From the NCBI RefSeq assembly GCF_009914755.1, contig NC_060935.1: DNA of 64,000 bases, one strand, 5' to 3'. The notes under the pieces are model-generated. The model ran no database searches, had not been told where the DNA came from, and worked only from the letters and a program-made list of their open reading frames with translations. Positions within the stretch are counted from its first letter, which is position 1. The number at the start of each line of letters is the position of its first letter. The DNA is from the human T2T-CHM13v2.0 reference genome, Homo sapiens. Below are positions 48,021-64,000 of this stretch, piece by piece. The translations under genes were made by a program, and so were the position numbers.

Positions 48021-48914
48021 TAGGTGAAATTAATATGGAACAAAAATATCACATTCAAAATGAGTATTTTAACCTAAGAGATATAATAGAGAGATACAAT
48101 AGATTTTTAACCCCCTCTTGTTGCATTCATTTTTAAAGTATTTAGAAGCCATCTTAAATGTGCCAAATAATATGCCGTCAATTTCTTCCTCTAAGGGAAA
48201 AAAATCCATATGTATATCTCGGAATTCTTCTTCAGAGCCACATGGCCCTTTTTAGTCAGACCAAAACACATTCCTATTTTGAAGTAATTGTGAGAAATAC
48301 AGTTCATGTCTGCTTGGGGATAGAAATACTGGCCTTGGCCGGGCACGGTGGCTTGATGCCTATAATCCCAGCACTTTGGGAGGCCAAGGCGAATGGTCAG
48401 GAATTGAAGCCCAGGAGTTCAAGACCAGCCTGGACAACACACTAAAACCCCATCTCTATTAAAAATACAAAAATTAGCTGGGTGTGGTGGTTCGGGCCTG
48501 TAGTTCCAGCTACTCAGGAGGCTGAGGTGGGAAGATTGCTTGAGCCAGGTCAAGGCTCCCTAGTGCCTGGGTGATAGAGCAGATCCTGTCTCAAAAAAAA
48601 GAAATACTGGCTTTGGGCTCAACAGAGCAATTTGGCTAGAGATAAATCTTTAGGCGTTATCTAAGTGTACAGCTGAAGACCTAAAGTCATGGAAGTAGTT
48701 GAGATTGCCCTGGGAGAATGTGTAGAGTGAAGATAAAAAAGAAACAAGAAAAAAATCATGAGAGCGATTAGCACATGAAGACTGGTATCAAATAAATACA
48801 AGGAACAGAGTATCCTAAGGAGGAAATGGTTAATATTGTCAGAAACTACAGAGAGATGACACAGGATAAGGACTGGAATAAAACACTAAATCTAAGAACT
48901 CAGTGATGTTTAAA

Positions 48915-49110
48915 ATAATAGCTTTATTGAGATATAACTCACTTAATATGAAATTTACCCTTTTAAAGTATACTATTCAGTTGTTTTTAGTATATTCAGA
49001 GGTGTGTGACCATCACTACCACCAAGTTTCAGAACACTTTCATCACCCCATAAAGAAACCCTGCACCCATTAGCAGAGTTTCTAATTGGCAGGGTTTCAC
49101 ATTTCCCCTA
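48915..49110 (-). mobile_element. L1M 3' end fragment (donor of the 51101-51298 insertion)
   Basis: AGCTTTATTGAGATATAA...TTTTAGTATATTCA...CATCACCCCATAAAGAAACCCTGCACCCATTAGCAG. Confidence 0.75.
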
Positions 49111-49929
49111 ATATTAGTGATTTTTTAAAAAGACAGTTTTGGAGAAGTATGAAAAACTAAAAGAAAAGTAAGGAATTATAAGTAACAAGGGTATATTATG
49201 CTTTCAAAGGGAACTAGGAGAGAGAGGTAAATAGGAAGAGGTGGTATCAGAATGGCTGTTTAAAATGGGAAAGGCCATAGACTGAAGGGAAGGATTCGGG
49301 GAAAAAGACTGAGAGGCACAGAGACAGAAGATATATACTCGCTCACAAACTGGATACAGTTGAACAGGATACAATCAGAAACACAGATGGAGGGGTTTGA
49401 CTTGGAAAGGAAGAGACACCTTAGGGGACTATCATGACAAAAGTAAGAAACTACTAAGTCAATAACTAAAAATGAGGGACAGCTGGGAGCCAATGGTAGG
49501 AAGCAGATTTACTTTTTGCTAAATTTTGGTAGTTTTAAATTTTTCATCATTTGCATGTTTTAATATCTCAAAATAAAGATGATAAATACGGGGATTTTGG
49601 GCCAGGCATGGTGGCTCACGCCTGTAATCCTAGCACTTTGGGAGGCCGAGGTGGGTGGATCACTTGAGGTCAGGAGTTCGAGACCAGCCTGGCCAACATG
49701 GCGAAACCCCATCTCTACTAAAAATACAAAAATTAGCTGGGCATGGTGGTGCATGCCTGTAATCTGCAGCTACTCAGGAGTCTGAGGCAGGAGAATCACT
49801 TGAGCCCAGGAGGTGGAGATTGCAGTGAGCTGAGATCATGCACCACTACACTCCAACCTGGGTGACAGAGTGAGACCCTGTCTCAAAAAAAAAGAAAAAG
49901 AAATGTCACAGAACAGAGAACACACAAAC

Positions 49930-52560
<2,631 letters not shown>

Positions 52561-52724
52561 GAGGATTCACCCAATGAGGTTATAATGTAGTTTAAATGAC
52601 TACTTGAAAGAAATTATGTCGGTTCTTATTAATACATGGAGTTAGGATCAAATCCATCTATTGTCTACAGAGTCTGTTCCTAAAGAAACCATGGAGGTAA
52701 GTTTTAATTTTACATCCTACCTAT

Positions 52725-53316
52725 TAAAGAATTTAGCCTTGCCCAAAGACAGGTGCCCTCTGCTCCTGAGAGGTAATCTATGTCATACTTGACAGGAGTG
52801 TCCTTCTGGCCAGGGTTGGCCAACCAGAAAGGCCAACCATGTGATTTAGGATGGGGACTTTGGGTCACCCAGTATCAGTCTGAATCCAATCTAGAGACTG
52901 AGCTCAACTATGTGGGCAATCCATCAATCAAACATGCCTATTTAATGAAGTCCTAATTTGAAAATCTGGATGCTGAAGCACAAGTGAGCTTCCCCGGATG
53001 GCAACAGTCCATGCATACTGTCACATACTGATACTGAGAGTAACACCTCCTGACTTAATGGGGAGCGAATACCAGATGCTCCAACATTTGAGACCCTCTT
53101 GAACTTGGTTCTATGGGCTCCTTGCCTTGATTTTAATCTGTATCCTTTCCTTGAAATAAACTGTAACCATGAACATAATAGCTCTTAGCAGTGAGTTCTC
53201 CTGGCATCTTTTTAGCAAGTTATCGAAACTTTGGGAACCTCCCCAGCCCCCAGACTTGCAGTTGGTGTCAGAAGTGAAAGTGGTCTTATGGAAGACTGTG
53301 TCCTCAAACTTTACAG
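52725..53316 (+). mobile_element. MER77/MER68-like LTR
   Basis: AAAGAATTTAGCCTTGCCCAAAG...GAGGTAATC...AATAAACTGTAACCATGA...TTGCAGTTGGTGTCAGAAGTGA. Confidence 0.6.
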
Positions 53317-53480
53317 TTTAGCTAACTCGGAGAGGATCTTCATAAAAGTTTTAGGTTCATTTAATGATGAAAGCTAGTTAAAAGTTCAGGCTTGGCCAGG
53401 TGTGGTGGCTCATGCCTGTACTACGAACACTTTGGGACGTCAAGGTGGGCAGACTGCTTGAGTCCAGGAGTTTGAGACTA

Positions 53481-53702
<222 letters not shown>

Positions 53703-54394
53703 TTAATAATGCAGGTGTAATAGAAACATATGGATCCTCTTATTATTTGTTTAACCATGTGTTTGAAGATGCTCTTTGGGGAATATTGCTGATACAGTAA
53801 AGTTATATTCTCCAAGCTAAATCCAACATTGTGGGTCAATCTAAATCAGAACAGGAGACTTAATTTAACAAGCTGAATAAGCTACATTACTATACTGTAC
53901 ATCTCCATCTCATATTTTATACAACTCTTTTAACATATGAAAAAAATAATTGCTTCTGGTCCAACAACTACAAATAATCCCCACAAAAGAACTGTATTTT
54001 TTGTATTTTTGAGACAATCTTGCTCTGTCACCCAGGCTGGAGTACAGTGGCGCAATCTCAGCTCACTACAACCTCCATCTCCAGGTTCAAGTGATTCTCA
54101 TGCCTCAGCCTCCTGAGTAACTGGGATTACAGGTGTGTGCTACCACAACCAGCTAAATGTTTTATTTTTGGTAGAGATGGGGTTTCACCATGTTAGCCAG
54201 GATAGTCTCAAACTCCTGATCTCAAGTGATCTGCCCTCCTCAGCCTCCCAGAGTGCTGGGATTACAGACGTAAGCCACCGTGCCTGGCCACAAAACAACT
54301 GTTATGGAAACCTCATCACTAGTCAACCTTTTATAGCAAATACAGTATTTGACTTTAAACATTCAGCCAATTATTATGTGGTAACTATGAAAAC

Positions 54395-54806
54395 AACTAT
54401 GGTTTTAATGTCCCCTCCAAAACTCATGTTGAAATTTAATTGCCATTGTGATAGTATTAAGAGGTGGGACCTTTAAGAGATGATTAGGCCAGGAGGGCAT
54501 AGTCCTCATGACTACGACTGTGGGAGTACACTCACACAATGTCATAATTGTGGGATTAATACCATAACTGTAGGAATGGGCTCCTGATTAAAAGATGAGT
54601 TCAGCCAGATTTCCTCTCTGTCATATGTGGTCGCCTGCACTCTGTTAGGACACAGCAAGAACGCCCTCACCAGATGCCAAGCGGATGTTAGTACTACCAT
54701 GCCCTTGGACTTCCCAGCCTCCAGAACTGTAAGCCAAATAAATTTATTTTCTTTATAAAGTATCAATCTGTGGTATTGTTACAGCAGCAGAAAATGAACT
54801 AAGACA
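54395..54806 (+). mobile_element. MST-family MaLR solo LTR
   Basis: CTATGGTTTTAATGTCCCCTCCAAAACTCATGTTGAAAT...GCCCTTGGACTTCCCAGCCTCCAGAACTGT...GAACTAAGACA. Confidence 0.82.
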
Positions 54807-55108
54807 TTCTTCCAATAAAAACTATCCTGAAATAAGAGATTTTTCCGCCGCAGTTAGAAACTGAAATTCCCTGAAGAATATTTCCTTAGAAATCGGCTTT
54901 GTTATCCCACTAAGTTTTATATTTGAAAAATATTCTTAAATCTAAAGGTATTAACAGAAATTCAACTTAAAAATTGCTGAATATAGCTTCCGGTTCTAGG
55001 TGCTTCAGGAGCCATGGCTTAGGGTGCAGACATGGCCAAGTCCAAGAACCACACCACACACAACATTCCCGAAAATGGCACAGAAATGGTATTAAGAAAC
55101 TGCGATCA

Positions 55109-55600
<492 letters not shown>

Positions 55601-56297
55601 TCACAAAGATATGACTCTCTCAAGGGGGTGGACCCCAAATTCCTGAGGAACATGTGCATTGCCAAGAAGCAAAACAAGAAGGGCCTAAAGAAGATGCAGG
55701 CTTTGGCAGGCCATCAGTCCACGTGGTGAGGCTATGAAGGCCCTTGTAAAGGAGGTTAAGCCCAAGATCCCAAAGGGTGTCAGCAGCAAGCTCCATCGAC
55801 TTGCCTACATTGCCCACCCCAAGCTTGGGAAGCGTGCTTGTGCCCGCATTGCCAAGGGGCTTGGGTTGTGCCGGCCAAACGACAAGGACAAGGATCAAAC
55901 CAAGGCCCAGGCTGCAACTCCAGCTTCAGTTCCAGCTCAGGTTCGCAAAGGTGCTCAGGCTCCTACAAAGGCTTCAGAGTAGGTATCTGCCTGCCAACGT
56001 GAGGACACAAGGACTGGTGCAACCTGCCCAGGCTGCCGTCTGCATGGGGCTGGGGTCCTCACCTCCTGTGCTATTTGTACAAATAAACCTGAGGCAGGAA
56101 AGAAAAAAGAAATTGCTAAATACAGGCATCACAAACTAACAAATGAGGACTTTGAATTAGAAGAAAAGAAAAACTGAGTTTCTGCCCCATCCCTATTATT
56201 ATTAATTAGCTATTTCAACTTGAATAAAGCACTTCACCTCTCTGAGCTTCAATTTCTCAAGTACATAAAGTTGTTAGACATTGGATGATAAGATTCA

Positions 56298-56633
<336 letters not shown>

Positions 56634-56887
56634 TTAAATTTAACTTGTAAAGTTTAATTCTTTTCTCCAAATTTTGTTACGTTAAGTATGCAGTCACATT
56701 TCCAAGTTGAGGGTATGACACAATGAAACTTCCTCATTCGAATCTAACTTAATTTTACCCTGTGGATTTCTTGTGATGTATTTTTTTATAAAAATTAGAA
56801 ATATAGGGGGCCGGGTGTGGTGGCTCATACTCATAATCCCAGCACTTTGGGAGGCCGAGGCAGGTGGATCACGAGGTTAAGAGATCA

Positions 56888-57493
<606 letters not shown>

Positions 57494-57504
57494 TCACGAG
57501 GTCA

Positions 57505-57756
<252 letters not shown>

Positions 57757-58225
57757 CTATCACATTGTGGATTAAGAAAAGAAACAAAAAAAAATCAGAA
57801 ACAAGTTAAATCACTAAGCTCAACTATCAAAAATCAGAAATCTCTCCAAAAAAATCTTAAAATCTCCATCTATCAATAAAAACTTTTTTAATTATTAAAT
57901 TTGATATACCTCCAAGATGGGGGATACTATACTGAATTTTAGGTATAATAGGAAGCCCAGGGTGAATTTCAGGCAGACACAGTCATGTGATCTGATTTAC
58001 ATTGCTCAAGATCCCTATTGTTCTGTGGAAAATAGGCATAACAAACAAAAATGGAAACTGGGAGACCAATTAACAGGTAGCTGAAAAAGTCTAGAATAAT
58101 GACTTGGACTAGGATAACAGCAATGGAAATGTTAAGAAGTGGTTTGATTCAAACAAGTAAACAAAATGGTACATACAGACAGTAAATGAAATAGGAGAAA
58201 AGAACAGTAATGTGAGAGAGAATGA

Positions 58226-58482
<257 letters not shown>

Positions 58483-58720
58483 TGATCCGCCCACCTTGGC
58501 CTCCCAAAGTGCTAGGATTACAGGCGTGAGAGGCGTGAGCCACCGTGCCCGGCAAGGATACAATTTTCAATAGGGTAGTCAGGGAAAAAAAAATTGGAGC
58601 CACAACCTGGACATAAAAAAGAGTGAGCCATGGGAAAAGTGAAGAGGAGAGTCTTCCCAAGCTTCGTCACAAGTTTAAAAATAGGTGAGCCTGGCCAGGC
58701 ACGGGGCCTCACACCTATAA

Positions 58721-59029
<309 letters not shown>

Positions 59030-60324
59030 TAAAACGATTATCCACTGCACAACTACTATAAGCACATTAATAAAGGCCTTAATTCTATTTTGACAAAAGG
59101 CAACGGTTGCACCATAGCTTAATATCCACTAGTAGTCATTATTCCTGAAGACTAGTAGTCTTCAGCCCTTAGGAGCAACATTCTACACATAAGTGATTCA
59201 CAACCAGGGTATCTAACCATGATAATTTTCTATGTCTGCATATGTGTATCACTGTATGTATGTGGGAGGGGGACAAGGAAAGGGGATATAGTCACAGCAA
59301 GAGATCCTTATTGAAAGACATTTTGCTGACCAAGAAGTTTTCAATCTAACTCAGAATCCCAACAGTAGTACTGCTTTGTGGAGATAATTACTGAACTTTG
59401 ATCTACTTCATTGTTCATTCACTTGACATGAATCATTAAATAAACTTTGACATCACCCCAATTCCAACATGACAGATAACAGTAAAGCTTCTGTGTTAAA
59501 TGTTATGGTATATACCTGCATTTAACATGGCTTAAGGTAGAAAAAAGATAAAACTGAGTTGCAACTGAGAAACCCTGAATAGTGAATAATAAAAAATAAC
59601 GAAAAACTGACATGACTACTTCTGGAATTTTCCCCCAAACTCCATCAATTTCTATGACTAAAAAAGTCTTACTTTCACATGACATCAACATGTGGATTAA
59701 ATTCATAGTTTTATATAACAGTGATAGCAGGAGAAAGAACCATGTAGCAGCAAGCAAATATCAGACTTCCCTCTTATAAACTGTGTGATTTTTTTTTTTT
59801 TTTGAGATGGAGTCTTGCTCTGTCTCCCAGGCTGGAGTACAGTGGCACAGTCTCCGCTCATTGCAACCTCCACCTCCCAGGTTCAAGCCGATTCTCCTAA
59901 CTCAGCCTCCCAAGTAGCCAGGATTACAGGTGCCCGCCACCACACCCGGCTGATTTTTGTATTTTTAGTAGAGACAGGGTTTCACCATGTTGGCCAGGCT
60001 GGTCTCGAACTCCTGACCTCAGGTGATCCACCCACCTCAGCCTCCCAAAAGTGCTGGGATTACAGGCATCAGCCACACTGCCAGGCCAACTGTGTGATTT
60101 TTAAAGTAAGTTACTTGATCTCCCTTTGTCTTTAGTTTTCTCATCTGTAAAACACAGATAATACTGTGTTTTCAGAGTTAAATAAAATTATATAATAAAA
60201 TGCTTAGCATATAATAGCGATTTTAAAATACGTTTCCATCCAATTATTTTTCCTTTTAAAAAATGTTAACATCACCCTGCCTTGACCATTGTTGAAACAA
60301 GCATCAGTATGTTGCTACCATTAA

Positions 60325-61883
<1,559 letters not shown>

Positions 61884-62114
61884 TCATCGTCTTGATCGAA
61901 ATCTTCATATTGTTTCCCATTTTCAACAAACTTAATTCTAGAACCTTGCAGGTTTGACCATTAGCAAAAATTAGTAGTTTACATAAATTTAAACATAGGG
62001 GAAACTAGGTGCAGGGTTTAAGGGATTTCTCTGTACTACAATTACAAATTTTCTGTAAATTGGTAACTTCATGATTTTTCTATAAACTTTCTAAAAAAGT
62101 TTATTAATAAAAAA

Positions 62115-62490
62115 GAGACATGTTATTGAATCTCAAAAGTGTTATGCTAAATGAAAGAAGCCAGTCTCAAAAGGCTATATACACTGTGTGATGCCAATTT
62201 ATATGGCATTTTGGGAAAGGCCAAACTATAGGGATAAAAAACAAATGAGCTGTTGCCAGGGAGTGAGGGGTGGGCTGAAGGGATTTACTTCAAAAGGGCA
62301 TAATTATGGAAATTTTTGGAGTGATGGAAATATTCTATATCTTGTATCTTAATTGTGGTGGTGGCAGTTACACAACTGTCACTGTTTTTTGTAATTCATC
62401 TGTTTTAGCAGAACTATACAGAACTTTACACCTAAAACAGATGAATTTTACTAAGTGTAAATTATACCTTAATAAGTATGACTTTTCAAA
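62115..62490 (+). mobile_element. Old L1M 3' end
   Basis: ATGCTAAATGAAAGAAGCCAGTCTCAAAAGGCTATA...GTGATGGAAATATTCT...AAATTATACCTTAATAA. Confidence 0.75.
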
Positions 62491-62678
62491 AAGAATCCTT
62501 AACAATTGTAGTATCATGTCATACATTTCAATACACACAGAATTCTAGCCTGATAAATGTCATTATGAGATCTAGTCAGATGAAACTAGGCGATTCAAGC
62601 CGGGCACGGTGGCTCATGCCTGTAATCCCAGCACTTTAGGAGGCAGATGTGGGCGGATCACTTCAGGTCAGGAGTTCA

Positions 62679-62876
<198 letters not shown>

Positions 62877-62983
62877 CTAAAAAATAAAAATAAAAAATAA
62901 GCCTTGAAAACCCCTCCCTAGGCCTGGTGTGGTGGCTCATGCCTGTCATCCCAGCACTTCAGGAGGCCGAGGCAGGCAGATCA

Positions 62984-63166
<183 letters not shown>

Positions 63167-63707
63167 CTACAGCCTGGTGAAAGAACGTGACTCCGTCTCA
63201 AAAAAAAAAAAAAAAAGAAAAAAAAAAAGAAAAGCTTTCCCTAAACCTACGTTTTATGTTCCCTTAGCTAAGTTTTCCCTTAAGTTGTTCTCTGTGCATT
63301 GAAATAACACTATCCTTAACACCTCATCATCTTCTTCTTCCTATAGTAAGGATTTACAATCTAAACTCTTTACTCAAAAATCTTGTCTAATTAACTCTTA
63401 TCTATTTTCCATTTGACTATATTATCCCTTACATCTTTTCTTTCCCGTAACAAATTTTTTTAAATAACTGAAGTACTTTTTGCTACATGGATTGTAGTTA
63501 GTTGGTCTCTCCTAGTTGGAATATAAACTTCCCAAAGGCAGGAAGTAACTATTTCTTTATACACTCCAAAAATCTGGTTTGTACTATGTATCTAAACACT
63601 CAAATGCCATATGAAGAGATTCAATGAAAAGAATACTGGGGCCCGGGGCGGTGGCCCACACCTGTAATCCCAGCACTTTGGGAGGCAGAGGCGGGCAGAT
63701 CGCCTTA

Positions 63708-63986
<279 letters not shown>

Positions 63987-64000
63987 TTATGCCTGTAATC

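Noticed and set aside
55734-55982. 82-aa ORF resembling the RPL29 C-terminus
   Set aside because: Part of a processed pseudogene disrupted by an Alu and indels.

Overview
Human (AluYb8-containing) genomic DNA lying entirely inside the 5' half of PIK3C2A (class II PI3-kinase alpha), which is on the minus strand. Seven coding exons can be reconstructed with canonical GT-AG boundaries and continuous phase: 31631-30567 (start exon; whole exon 31696-30567 including 65 nt of 5'UTR), 17519-17416, 12545-12388, 10677-10557, 9518-9407, 7832-7753 and 7621-7558. Together they give 1704 nt, codons 1-568, covering the clathrin-binding N-terminus, the Ras-binding domain and the start of the following helical region. 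I found no promoter or CpG island, so positions 31697-64000 are taken as intron 1 and positions 1-7557 as the intron after the last visible exon. The introns hold two ribosomal-protein processed pseudogenes (RPL34, RPL29), about 70 Alu elements or fragments, and LTR, DNA-transposon and LINE fossils. Almost all other ORFs in the track are Alu or low-complexity artefacts. I do not see a new gene system. The best leads are: (1) a perfect (GGGGA)30 array that replaced the middle of an (AAAAG)n Alu tail, with RFC1/CANVAS-like architecture; (2) a THE1/MaLR RNA that appears to have been retroposed by L1, sharing one 14-bp TSD with an Alu; (3) a ~200-bp locally templated insertion with stutter inside an Alu, plus several smaller templated-insertion scars; (4) a nested human-specific AluYb8; (5) a predicted exon-2 AUG-circRNA ORF of 374 aa.
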